Below, piece by piece: positions 27,323-37,274 of a DNA stretch of 64,000 nucleotides. Under the pieces are notes generated by a model. That model worked only from the letters and a program-made list of their open reading frames with translations, ran no database searches and was not told the DNA's origin. Made by a program: the position numbers and the translations under genes. The DNA comes from Patescibacteria group bacterium (lineage in GTDB: Bacteria > Patescibacteriota > Minisyncoccia > Phycocordibacterales > XYD1-FULL-46-19), in NCBI GenBank assembly GCA_048617235.1, contig JBMCHT010000001.1, forward strand, positions 118,043 through 182,042, given 5' to 3'. How positions within the stretch are numbered: the first letter of the stretch is position 1; each line of letters begins with the position of its first letter.

Positions 27323-27357
27323 GCGCCACCGTCTCTTGAGACCGGTGGCGTTTCTTT
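27323..27357 (+). terminator. Rho-independent terminator
   Basis: Hairpin cgccaccg-tctcttgaga-cggtggcg, followed by tttcttt. It overlaps the stop of the SMC-like gene. Confidence 0.6.
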
Positions 27358-29509
27358 ATTTAGCATAACTTTCAGCTTGATCAAATTTAACAGATAAAAT
27401 ATCAGACACTCCTTCTCGATTTATGGTTACTCCATATAGAATATCAGCTCGGGACATGGTTTCTCGATTATGAGTTACTAAAATCAGCTGAGATTGTTTG
27501 GATAATTCTTCAACTAAATCACCATAACGTTTAGAATTAGCCTCATCTAAAGCGGCATCAGTCTCATCCAAAACCAAAAACGGTGGTGGTTTGATTCTGG
27601 TCATAGCAAACAATAAAGCTATAGAAACCAAAGATCTTTCACCACCGGATAAGACTTCTAAACCTTTTACTTTTTTACCGGGCAAATTAACTTCCACCTC
27701 CACTCCTTTAACCATCTCTTCAGCTTCAAATTCTTCTTTTTCTTTAACAACTTGTAATTTTAAAGTTCCCCGACCACCGCCAAACATTAACTGTAATAAT
27801 CGATTAAACTCAGCACTGATTTTAGTTAAACCTTCAGTAAACTCTTTGTCTATTTTTGTCTCTAAATCAGTAATTAAAATTCGCAAACGGGTAGCGGTCT
27901 CTTCCAAATCTGTTAATTCTTCAGTTAAAAATTCATTACGAGTCTTAGTTTCTTCATATTCAGACATAACCTCGGCCGTATCTACCCCTACCGCTTCCAA
28001 TTTTAATTTCAAACGCTCTATTTGTCGTCGACAATTCTGTTGTTCATTTCTGGTTTTATTAAAATCCACCTCCTGATTGTCTGTATAATAATTTACAATA
28101 TCCCGACCTACCAACAAAGATCCTTCGGCTAATTCCCGTTTTAAATCTTCTTCCGTCGTTTTTAATTGTTCGGCTCGACTATTACAAGAATTTAAATTCT
28201 CAATTACCAAACGCTTATCGGCTTTTAATTCATAATAACGTGATAATTTTTGATTATCAGCCGATAAAATCGATTGTCTTTCTTTATCTAAATCTCTACC
28301 AATTTGAGATAGTTCTTGTAATTGATTAGCTAATTGTTTTAAATCTTGTTCTATTACTATTTTTCTTTTTTCCAATTCATTATCTATTTCAGCTACTGAA
28401 ACAGTTTCAACTGACACCCCAACTAAATTTTGCGACCAAGACAATAATTTTTCTCCGGCTTGACGGACTTTCTCCCAATTATTAGTAGCCAACAACTCCT
28501 CGCCTAACTGTTTTAAATAAAAACTATATTGTTTTAATTGATCTTGATTAACCACAGATTCTTTATGGGTTGTTTGTTGACTAGCAGCTATTTCTCCCTC
28601 CAGACGACCTAAAGATCTTTCCAACTCAGATCGACGATTTAAAACTGTTTGGCGTTTATTTTCTAAATCGTTTATTTTGTTTTTTATCTCCTCTATTTTA
28701 TTATTTGATTTTTTTTGCTCCGCTTGAGCCAATTCCGATTCAATCATTTCTAATTTTTGTTTAGCAATTATTTGGCTTTGATTTATTTTTTCTTTTTCCG
28801 ACTTTATATATTCTCGCTCCCCACCCAAATAGACTTTATATAATTGACGCAACTCTTGACGCCAATCTTCCGCCTGACGAATTTTATCAACTTGTTTCTC
28901 TAAAAAACGTAAATGAGGAGCGATTTCTTTCTTTAAACTCTTAACTTGATTAATATTATCTTCTGTTTGATTTAATTTTTTTTCAGATTCTCCCAGTTGC
29001 GTTCTAAATAATCTTAACCCCAGAGCTTCTTCTAAAATAGCTTGCCGATCTACCGGTCTGGCTAATAAAATACGGTCAGCTTCACCTTGAGAAATAACAT
29101 GATAACCGGATGAACCCAAAGATACCTCAGCTAATAAAGCCACCACATCTTTTAATCTAACCGGAGAACCATTAATAGCATAACCACCGGAGCCATCCCT
29201 AAAAACCGTTCTGGTAATAATTATTTCATCATAATCTATAGAGAAACTTCTATCGGAATTATCAAAAATCAGAGAAGCAGAAGCTCGAGACAAACGGCCT
29301 TGGGGACCGGAAAAAATAAGATCCTCCCCCTTTTTACCCCTTAAAGATTTTAATGATTGCTCCCCCATCACCCAACGCAAACTCTCAGTTATATTTGATT
29401 TACCGGAACCATTAGGTCCGACTACTGCCGTAATCGGGGATGGAAAAACCAAAATTGTTTTTTTGGCAAAAGACTTAAAACCGGATAATTCCAGTTGTTT
29501 TAATTTCAT
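27356..29509 (-). CDS. smc: SMC-family chromosome segregation ATPase, short form without an evident hinge
   Basis: N-terminal head FKSFAKKTILVF...VVGPNGSGKSNITESLRWVMGEQSLKSLRG...DLIF. C-terminal head LSGGERSLVSIALLFAM and the Walker B motif LVLDETDAALD. The protein is only 717 aa, with coiled-coil arms of roughly 190 aa. Confidence 0.75.
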   Translation of the reverse strand: MKLKQLELSGFKSFAKKTILVFPSPITAVVGPNGSGKSNITESLRWVMGEQSLKSLRGKKGEDLIFSGPQGRLSRASASLIFDNSDRSFSIDYDEIIITRTVFRDGSGGYAINGSPVRLKDVVALLAEVSLGSSGYHVISQGEADRILLARPVDRQAILEEALGLRLFRTQLGESEKKLNQTEDNINQVKSLKKEIAPHLRFLEKQVDKIRQAEDWRQELRQLYKVYLGGEREYIKSEKEKINQSQIIAKQKLEMIESELAQAEQKKSNNKIEEIKNKINDLENKRQTVLNRRSELERSLGRLEGEIAASQQTTHKESVVNQDQLKQYSFYLKQLGEELLATNNWEKVRQAGEKLLSWSQNLVGVSVETVSVAEIDNELEKRKIVIEQDLKQLANQLQELSQIGRDLDKERQSILSADNQKLSRYYELKADKRLVIENLNSCNSRAEQLKTTEEDLKRELAEGSLLVGRDIVNYYTDNQEVDFNKTRNEQQNCRRQIERLKLKLEAVGVDTAEVMSEYEETKTRNEFLTEELTDLEETATRLRILITDLETKIDKEFTEGLTKISAEFNRLLQLMFGGGRGTLKLQVVKEKEEFEAEEMVKGVEVEVNLPGKKVKGLEVLSGGERSLVSIALLFAMTRIKPPPFLVLDETDAALDEANSKRYGDLVEELSKQSQLILVTHNRETMSRADILYGVTINREGVSDILSVKFDQAESYAK

Positions 29510-29537
29510 TATTGCCTATTCTAACAAAAATCTAAGA

Positions 29538-30257
29538 TTAATCCAGCCATTTTTTTGCTTGCAAGCCACCGGTAGCCGCTTGTTGTTCAGCTGCTTGTTT
29601 GGAAAATCCCTCACCCACAGATACTTCTTCATCACCCAACTTTAAAGCTACTGTAAATTTTTTATTATGATCCGGACCTGTTTCGCTAATCACTTCATAA
29701 GCAGGAGTAATCCCGGTTACCTCTTGAGCTTTTTCTTGAAATAAACTTTTAGCGTCTTGCCATAAACCACCGGCTACCATCTTATCGGTTTTTATTAATA
29801 AATATCTTTTTATTAATTCTTGAACCGTATCATAACCTTGATCCAAATAAACAGAACCAATTACCGCCTCAAAAGTGTTGGCTAAAATATAATGACGAGC
29901 CCGACCAATATCCTTAGCTTCCCCTTTGGATAACAACAAATAATCATCTAACCCCATCTGATCGGCTGTCTCAGCCAAAGACTGTGTATTAACCAAAGCT
30001 GCTCGAAAAGCAGTTAACTCACCTTCGGTTCTACTTTCATATTTATGATATAAATAATCAGTTACCACCAATTCCAAAACCGCATCTCCTAAAAATTCCA
30101 ATCTTTCGTTGTGAGGTAAGGGCCAATCTTTATGTTCATTCAAATAAGAGCGATGAGTTAAAGCTTGTTTAAATAACTCTAAATCTTTAAATTTTAAACC
30201 TAAAGATTCTGACAATTTTAAAAAGTTTTTATCATTATTATTCATTTTTATTTTCAA
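29538..30257 (-). CDS. rnc: ribonuclease III
   Basis: ERLEFLGDAVLELVV is the RNase III signature. A C-terminal dsRBD is present. Confidence 0.9.
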   Translation of the reverse strand: MKIKMNNNDKNFLKLSESLGLKFKDLELFKQALTHRSYLNEHKDWPLPHNERLEFLGDAVLELVVTDYLYHKYESRTEGELTAFRAALVNTQSLAETADQMGLDDYLLLSKGEAKDIGRARHYILANTFEAVIGSVYLDQGYDTVQELIKRYLLIKTDKMVAGGLWQDAKSLFQEKAQEVTGITPAYEVISETGPDHNKKFTVALKLGDEEVSVGEGFSKQAAEQQAATGGLQAKKWLD

Positions 30258-31155
30258 TTTTTTTTATTTTTTTCAAACCGGCGACAATTATCGGTAAAAT
30301 ATCATCATAAATTTTTAAATCGGTTATATCTTGAATTAAAAACCAACCAACATCATCTAAACCTCCTTTGGCCTCCCCTAAACTAAGTTGATCAAGATTT
30401 ACACTTTTAGCTAATAAATAATTAACCTGTTTTCTAACTTTCCCTTTTTCCGGATCTGAAGCGATGTACTCATTACTGTCCAAAATCTCAACCACTTCAA
30501 TATCTAAAGACATTTCTTCCTTTATTTCCCTTTTAACCGTATCGGCCGGGGTCTCCCCTTTTTCTATATGCCCCTTGGATAGAGTCCAATAACCGAAAAC
30601 ATCATGAACTAAAGCTAATTTTAAAGCTCCGGCCGGAGTTTTGGTATAAACTACCGCTCCGGCTAAATGTTCCACCGGCATTTTTTCAAAAGAAATATCC
30701 GTTTTTTGTTTTTTAGGTATTTCGTGTTTATCCGGCTCACCTAATTCTTTATAAACCGCTCCCAAAACCCCGTTAACAAAACGTCCACTGTTTTCTCCTC
30801 CGAATATTTTAGCAATTTCTATAGCTTCATTAATAGCTACTCTGGCCGGTACTTGAAAACGATCACCAAACAACAACTCATAAAGTCCGATTCGTAAAAT
30901 ATTCCTATCAACAATAGCAATTTGAGGCAAAGGCCAATCCGGAGCCGCTTTGGTTATAATATCATCTAATTGTTTCCTTTTAGAGATAGTTTTAACTGCT
31001 AAATCAACAGCAAAATTAATATCATTTAAACCGGGAGCAAAATCTTCAGCTTGACGTTTAACGATATCTGAAACGGAATCATCCGCCAAGCCTCTAAAAT
31101 CCCATTCAAAAAGGGATTGCATAGCCAGGCTTCTAGATAAATGGCGATTAGCCAT
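30238..31155 (-). CDS. nusB: NusB transcription antitermination factor fused to a C-terminal Nudix hydrolase domain
   Basis: N-terminal roughly 140 aa: ARVAINEAIEIAKIFGGENSGRFVNGVLG (NusB). C-terminal: the Nudix box GHIEKGETPADTVKREIKEEMSL, i.e. GX5EX7REUXEEXGU. Confidence 0.7.
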   Translation of the reverse strand: MANRHLSRSLAMQSLFEWDFRGLADDSVSDIVKRQAEDFAPGLNDINFAVDLAVKTISKRKQLDDIITKAAPDWPLPQIAIVDRNILRIGLYELLFGDRFQVPARVAINEAIEIAKIFGGENSGRFVNGVLGAVYKELGEPDKHEIPKKQKTDISFEKMPVEHLAGAVVYTKTPAGALKLALVHDVFGYWTLSKGHIEKGETPADTVKREIKEEMSLDIEVVEILDSNEYIASDPEKGKVRKQVNYLLAKSVNLDQLSLGEAKGGLDDVGWFLIQDITDLKIYDDILPIIVAGLKKIKKIENKNE

Positions 31156-31231
31156 ATAAAAAAATCAGACAATAAAAATAATAAATTTTCAATATTCTCA
31201 AAATAAAGAAACCAACCAACAAGCGCCCCGA

Positions 31232-31486
31232 CTATTCGGGCCGTTCATTAGCTGACTCCTCATTTTGCTTTTCGGCTTGGGCTTGTTTTTTAGCTTGGAT
31301 TTTTTCCATTTTTTTGGAAATATCAATCACTTGCCGACCGCGGTAATAACCACAGTTTAAACAGGCTTTATGCCTAACATGCCAAGCTCGACAATGATTA
31401 CACTGCGAAAGCGGCGGAGTCTTCAAAAAGTGATGACCTCGCCTATTACCCGTATGGGCTCTGGTATGTCTCATGCGAACTGACAT
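31232..31486 (-). CDS. rpmF: 50S ribosomal protein L32 (zinc-ribbon form) with a C-terminal extension
   Basis: MSVRMRHTRAHTGNRRGHH...LSQCNHC...CLNCGYYRGRQV matches the L32 consensus (..RRAHDAL....C..CG...HRVC..CGYYRGR.V). Confidence 0.85.
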   Translation of the reverse strand: MSVRMRHTRAHTGNRRGHHFLKTPPLSQCNHCRAWHVRHKACLNCGYYRGRQVIDISKKMEKIQAKKQAQAEKQNEESANERPE

Positions 31487-31532
31487 AATGAGTCAATATA
31501 AACAATTATTAACAAAAATGCAAGCCTTAAAA

Positions 31533-32129
31533 TTATATTTTTAATCTTTTTAAAAAACTTCGCCGATGAATAGGACTCAAACCAAATTCTTTAATTTTAG
31601 TAAAATGATAAGCAGTACCATAACCTTTATGCCTATCAAAACCATAATCGGAATAAAGTCTGTGATAATAATCCATCCTTTTATCTCTTCTGACTTTAGC
31701 TAAAACCGAAGCCAAAGCCACAGCCGGCATTTTTTCATCAGCCTGAGGAAAAGATAAACAATTAAACTCAGTCGATAAAGGCAGACCGGCATCCAAACAA
31801 ATCAGAGTATTTTGTTTGTTAAAATTAATTTTCTCTATTAAACGATTAACTGCTACCGCTAAGGCATAAGATAAACCAACTTTATCTATTACTATCGGCT
31901 TGATTGAAACTTCAGCCATTTGCCAATGATTAAAATTTTTTTTCTCCAACAAAAAATCATACCAAGACAATCTTTGTTTCAAAGTTAATTTTTTAGAATC
32001 TTTCCGAGGCCAATTTTCTTCGGTAATAGGCATTAAAACCCCGGCCACTGTCAAAGGACCGGCTACCGGTCCGCGACCAACCTCATCTATACCCAAATAA
32101 TAAGAAAACATATAATTTAATTTTAACAA
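31533..32129 (-). CDS. rnhB: ribonuclease HII
   Basis: YLGIDEVGRGPVAGPLTVAGV is the RNase HII N-terminal motif. Confidence 0.9.
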   Translation of the reverse strand: MLKLNYMFSYYLGIDEVGRGPVAGPLTVAGVLMPITEENWPRKDSKKLTLKQRLSWYDFLLEKKNFNHWQMAEVSIKPIVIDKVGLSYALAVAVNRLIEKINFNKQNTLICLDAGLPLSTEFNCLSFPQADEKMPAVALASVLAKVRRDKRMDYYHRLYSDYGFDRHKGYGTAYHFTKIKEFGLSPIHRRSFLKRLKI

Positions 32130-32189
32130 TTTAAAAAATCAAAAGCCAGAAATTTGCCCTTTATAAGCTTATGCTATAATAATTAAGTA

Positions 32190-35100
32190 ATGTCTTTTGT
32201 TCACCTTCATACCCACAGCCATTATTCTCTTTTAGATGGATTATCTAAATCTAAAGACTTTGTCAGAAAAGCCCAAGAGTATGGCATGCCGGCGGTCGGT
32301 TTAACCGATCACGGTACTATGTATGGAATAATAGATTTTTATGACACCTTAACTCAAGCCGGTCTCAAGCCCATTATTGGCGTAGAAGCTTATATGGCTA
32401 AAAGATCTTTACATGATAAAGAACCTCATATAGATTCAAAACGTTATCACCTGACTTTACTGGCCGAGAATAATACCGGCTATGAAAATTTAATTAAACT
32501 AACCACTATCGCCCACCTAGAAGGTTTCTACTACAAACCACGAATAGATAAACAAGTTTTAAAACAGCATGCCGAAGGCTTAATTTGCCTTTCCGGCTGT
32601 CCCGGAGGTGAATTAGCCGAAGCTTTAATGGTTAACAATCTTGATCAAGGTAGAAAAATAGTAATGGAATTCTTAGATATTTTTGGCCCTAATCATTATT
32701 TTCTTGAAGTTATGAATCATCCAGAGGTAGAAAATATAAAAAATATTCATCAAGGTTTAAAAACTTTGGCCAAAGAGTTTAATTTACCATTGGTAGCCAC
32801 TTATGATTCCCATTATCCTGAAAAAGAAGACGCTGAAGCTCATCACACTTTAGTGGCCATTAACACCGGAGCCGAAGTGGCTGATCAAGGTTTGAATATG
32901 AAAAACGGTGATTATTCTTTTATTGGACCTGAAGAAGCAAAAAAACTTTACCAAGATTTTCCGGAAGCTGTAGCTAACACCGTTAAAATTGCCGAACGTT
33001 GCAATGTTTCTATCACTTTGGGTGAATTTATATTCCCCACTTTTGGTTTACCTCGAAATACTACAGCCGATGAAGAGTTAAAACATTTATGTCTTTTGGG
33101 AATGAAAAAAAGAGGGTTAACTAATAAACCGGAGGCAATCAAGCGTCTTGATTACGAATTAGATATTATTAAAATGAAGGGCTATGCCGATTATTTTTTA
33201 GTAGTCGGAGATTTAATACGTTTTGCTCGTGAAAATAATATTTATTACAACATTAGAGGATCAGTAGCCGGCTCTATGACCACCTATTCTCTTGAAATTA
33301 CCAAATTGGATCCAATTGAATATCAAATTCCTTTTGAAAGATTTTTAAATCCCGAACGCCCTTCAGCTCCGGATATTGATATGGATTTTGCCGACAATCG
33401 CCGAGATGAGATTATAGAATACGCCAAAGAAAAATATGGAAGCGACAAAGTGGCTCAAATCGGGACTTTCGGCACAATGATGGCTCGAGGTTCAGTTCGG
33501 GATGTAGCCCGCGCTTTAAGTTATCCTTACTCTGTTGGCGACCGTCTAGCCAAGTTAATTCCTCTAGGCTCTCAAGGTTCTGCCATGACCATAGATCGAG
33601 CTCTAAAAACGGTACCCGAACTTAAAGAGGCTTATCAAAATGAAACCGATACCAAAAAAATTCTCGATCTAGCTAAAAAAATTGAAGGTTCAGCCAGGCA
33701 TATTTCCGTTCACGCCGCCGGTGTGGTAATTGCCCCTGAACCTTTAAATCGTTATGTTCCAATGCAATATGACCCCAAAGGTCAATCTATTATCACTCAA
33801 TATGATATGTATGCTGTCGGTGAAGATGGAGTTGGTTTAACTAAATTTGATTTTTTAGGCCTAAGAAATTTATCTATTTTGGCCAATGCTGTTCGTTTGG
33901 TTAAAAAAATTTATAACCAAAATATAGATATTGAAAATATTCCTCTGGATAATAAAAAAACTTTTTCTCTCTTGGCTCGTGGTGAAACAGAAGGTCTGTT
34001 CCAATTAAACGGCGCCGGAATGACCAGGTGGCTTAAAGAATTAAAACCAACCAATATTGATGATATTAACGCTATGGTGGCTTTATACCGACCGGGACCA
34101 ATGGAATTTATCCCCGAATATATTAAACGAAAACACAATCCTCAACTGGTAGATTATCCACATCCGGCTCTCCAAGAAGATCTGGAAAGAAGTTATGGTC
34201 TTTTAATTTATCAAGAAGATGTAATGATGACCGCCATAAAATTAGCCGGCTATTCTTGGTTGGAGGCTGATAAATTCCGCAAAGCCATGGGTAAAAAAAT
34301 TCCCAAACTAATGGCCGAACAAGAAAAAAAATTCAAAGACGGTTGTATTAAAAACGGAATTGATAAAAATAAAGCCGTTGATTTATGGAATCGGATTAAG
34401 CCCTTCGCCGCTTACGCTTTTAATAAAGCCCATTCAGCTTCTTACGGACGAGTAGCTTATGAAACCGCTTATATGAAAGCCAATTACCCGGTTGTTTATA
34501 TGTGTGCCTGTCTAACCGCTGAATCCGGAGATATTGAACAAATTGGAGTCTATGTCGGAGAAGCCAAAAGAATGGGTATAGATATATTACCACCGGCTGT
34601 TAATGAAAGTTTTGGCGATTTTACCGTGGTTGATAATCCCCTTAAAGAAAATGAAAAAGCAATTCGCTTCGGTCTCTATACTATAAAAAACTTAGGTTAT
34701 GATATTGCCGACCACATAGTGGAAATTAGAAAAAAAGATGGACCCTTTCAATCTTATTCTAATTTTCTAGACAGAATTACTCATAAAAATCTAAATCGTA
34801 AATCCTTAGAAGCCTTAATTAAAGCCGGAGCTTTAGATTCTTTTGGCCATGATCGTGGCCATCTCCTACATAATCTGGAAGAAGCCGTATCTTATAACCG
34901 TACCCAATCAAAAAACACTAATAGTCAACAAAGCTCTCTATTTGATCTCATGACCGACACTTCCTCCGTCCCAATATTTAAATTAAAAACCGGATCCGAA
35001 ACTGAAAGCGAACAATTATTATTATGGGAAAAAGAATTGTTGGGTTTATATATATCCGGTCACCCTTTAAATAAATTTAAAGACAAGTTTTCCAAAAAAC

Positions 35101-35384
35101 AAAACACTATTGCTCATAATCGCCAATTAAACAATGGTGCCATTGTCCAAATCGCCGGCATAATAGAAAATGTTAAAGTTATCACCACTCGTCGTGGTGG
35201 CTATATGGCCTTTATCAGATTAGCTGACTTTAGTGACAAAATGGAAATCGTGGTCTTTTCAGAATCTTGGGATAATTATAAAAATCTCTTAATTGTGGAT
35301 CAGTGTGTCGTGATTAAAGGTAAAATATCTCATCGTCAAGGCGATATCTCTCTTTTACTGGAAAAAGCTAAAAAATTAGAATAG
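32190..35384 (+). CDS. dnaE: DNA polymerase III alpha subunit
   Basis: PHP domain HLHTHSHYSLLDG, a palm/fingers region, and a C-terminal OB fold. 1064 aa. Confidence 0.95.
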   Translation: MSFVHLHTHSHYSLLDGLSKSKDFVRKAQEYGMPAVGLTDHGTMYGIIDFYDTLTQAGLKPIIGVEAYMAKRSLHDKEPHIDSKRYHLTLLAENNTGYENLIKLTTIAHLEGFYYKPRIDKQVLKQHAEGLICLSGCPGGELAEALMVNNLDQGRKIVMEFLDIFGPNHYFLEVMNHPEVENIKNIHQGLKTLAKEFNLPLVATYDSHYPEKEDAEAHHTLVAINTGAEVADQGLNMKNGDYSFIGPEEAKKLYQDFPEAVANTVKIAERCNVSITLGEFIFPTFGLPRNTTADEELKHLCLLGMKKRGLTNKPEAIKRLDYELDIIKMKGYADYFLVVGDLIRFARENNIYYNIRGSVAGSMTTYSLEITKLDPIEYQIPFERFLNPERPSAPDIDMDFADNRRDEIIEYAKEKYGSDKVAQIGTFGTMMARGSVRDVARALSYPYSVGDRLAKLIPLGSQGSAMTIDRALKTVPELKEAYQNETDTKKILDLAKKIEGSARHISVHAAGVVIAPEPLNRYVPMQYDPKGQSIITQYDMYAVGEDGVGLTKFDFLGLRNLSILANAVRLVKKIYNQNIDIENIPLDNKKTFSLLARGETEGLFQLNGAGMTRWLKELKPTNIDDINAMVALYRPGPMEFIPEYIKRKHNPQLVDYPHPALQEDLERSYGLLIYQEDVMMTAIKLAGYSWLEADKFRKAMGKKIPKLMAEQEKKFKDGCIKNGIDKNKAVDLWNRIKPFAAYAFNKAHSASYGRVAYETAYMKANYPVVYMCACLTAESGDIEQIGVYVGEAKRMGIDILPPAVNESFGDFTVVDNPLKENEKAIRFGLYTIKNLGYDIADHIVEIRKKDGPFQSYSNFLDRITHKNLNRKSLEALIKAGALDSFGHDRGHLLHNLEEAVSYNRTQSKNTNSQQSSLFDLMTDTSSVPIFKLKTGSETESEQLLLWEKELLGLYISGHPLNKFKDKFSKKQNTIAHNRQLNNGAIVQIAGIIENVKVITTRRGGYMAFIRLADFSDKMEIVVFSESWDNYKNLLIVDQCVVIKGKISHRQGDISLLLEKAKKLE

Positions 35385-35474
35385 AAACATATTTTCCTAA
35401 AATAAAATTTGCAATAAACAAAAAAGTTGTTAGAATGTTAGGCGTCTATTAATTTAAATAAATATCAAAAATAA

Positions 35475-37268
35475 ATGGAAGATTCAGATTCTGGTAAACA
35501 AAATCAAACCACTTATAAAACCGGCCAAATAACCCGAGTCAATGGCCCCCTAGTACAAGCCAAAGGCATGTCCGAGGCTAAAATGTATGAAATTATTAAA
35601 GTATCGGATGAAAACTTATTGGGAGAGATAATAGAATTAAATGGAGATATTGCCTCCATCCAAGTTTATGAAGAAACCGGTGGCATCAGTCCGGGCATGC
35701 CGGCCTATCGCACCGGTCGTACCATGTCAGTAGAATTAGGTCCCGGTTTATTAGAATCTATTTACGACGGCATTCAAAGACCATTATCTGTTATTGAAGA
35801 GCAAGCTCAAAGCCCTTTTATTAATCGCGGTATAGAAGCCCATGGATTAGATAGAGAACGCCGATGGAAATTTGAACCGCAAGTTCAATCCGGTCAAACT
35901 GTAGGCCCCGGAGATATTCTCGGCCAAACTCAGGAAACTTCCTTAATTAGCCATAAAATAATGGTACCGGCCGATCTTAGTGGAAAAATTAAAAGTATTG
36001 AAAAAGGAGAATACACTGTCACTGAAACCATAGCTATTATAACAGACGATCAAGGTCAAGATCACTCTATTACCATGTTGCAATACTGGCCAATCAGACA
36101 ACCACGCTCTAAAATTAAAAAAATATTTCCAGATAAACCCTTAATTACCGGCGGACGATCAATAGATACGTTTTTTCCTATAGTTAAAGGTGGGGCCGGA
36201 TCCATTCCCGGACCTTTCGGTTCCGGTAAAACCGTCACCCAACAATCTTTAGCTAAATATTGTGATGCTCAGGTAATAGTTTATATCGGTTGTGGTGAAC
36301 GTGGTAATGAAATGACCGAAGTCTTGAACGAATTTCCTCATCTAACCGATCCTAATTCCGGTGAACCTTTAATTAGAAGGACGGTTTTAATTGCCAACAC
36401 CTCCAATATGCCGGTAGCCGCTCGTGAAGCTTCTGTTTATACCGGTATAACTATCGCCGAGTATTATCGCGATATGGGTTACTCTGTGGCCTTAATGGCT
36501 GATTCCACTTCTCGATGGGCTGAAGCCATGAGAGAAATCTCCGGTCGCTTGGAAGAAATGCCGGGAGAAGAAGGTTACCCTGCTTATCTGGCCTCCCGTA
36601 CCGCTCAATTTTACGAAAGAGCCGGGATGGTGGAATGTTTAGGTCAAGATGGCCGTACCGGAGCCCTAACCGCCATCGGAGCCGTTTCTCCTCCAGGAGG
36701 AGACTTATCCGAACCGGTCTCTCAAGCTACTCTTCGAGTAACTAAATGTTTTTGGGGTTTAGATGCCGATTTAGCTTATCGTAAACATTTTCCGGCTATT
36801 AACTGGCTTTCCTCTTATTCGCTATATGTAGATAATGTTAAAGATTATTGGAGACAAAAAGTAGCAGAAGATTTTCCGGAAATAAGATCTGAAGCTCTAA
36901 ATCTGTTACAAAAAGAAGCTAAATTAATGGAAATAGTTCGTTTGGTTGGTATGGAAGGATTATCGGAACAAGAAAAATTGGATCTGGAAATCGCTAAATC
37001 TATCAGAGAAGACTTTTTATTCCAAAATGCTTTTGATCCGGAAGATGCTTATACTCCACTTGATCGACAATATCAAATATTGAAATCCATTCTCTATATT
37101 CATCAACTTGGTTTGGAAAATATAAAAAACAAAACTAATTCTTTTAATCAACTAATGACTGCCGGAGTATTCTCTGACCTACCTCAATTAAAAACTTTAA
37201 AAACAGAAACGGAATTTGAAAACTTCAGAAACAAAATAAAAGAAATAGCGGCCAATAATAATCAATAA
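35475..37268 (+). CDS. atpA: V/A-type ATP synthase catalytic subunit A
   Basis: Walker A GPFGSGKTV and the non-homologous region typical of A subunits. 597 aa. Confidence 0.9.
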   Translation: MEDSDSGKQNQTTYKTGQITRVNGPLVQAKGMSEAKMYEIIKVSDENLLGEIIELNGDIASIQVYEETGGISPGMPAYRTGRTMSVELGPGLLESIYDGIQRPLSVIEEQAQSPFINRGIEAHGLDRERRWKFEPQVQSGQTVGPGDILGQTQETSLISHKIMVPADLSGKIKSIEKGEYTVTETIAIITDDQGQDHSITMLQYWPIRQPRSKIKKIFPDKPLITGGRSIDTFFPIVKGGAGSIPGPFGSGKTVTQQSLAKYCDAQVIVYIGCGERGNEMTEVLNEFPHLTDPNSGEPLIRRTVLIANTSNMPVAAREASVYTGITIAEYYRDMGYSVALMADSTSRWAEAMREISGRLEEMPGEEGYPAYLASRTAQFYERAGMVECLGQDGRTGALTAIGAVSPPGGDLSEPVSQATLRVTKCFWGLDADLAYRKHFPAINWLSSYSLYVDNVKDYWRQKVAEDFPEIRSEALNLLQKEAKLMEIVRLVGMEGLSEQEKLDLEIAKSIREDFLFQNAFDPEDAYTPLDRQYQILKSILYIHQLGLENIKNKTNSFNQLMTAGVFSDLPQLKTLKTETEFENFRNKIKEIAANNNQ

Positions 37269-37274
37269 AAAAAT

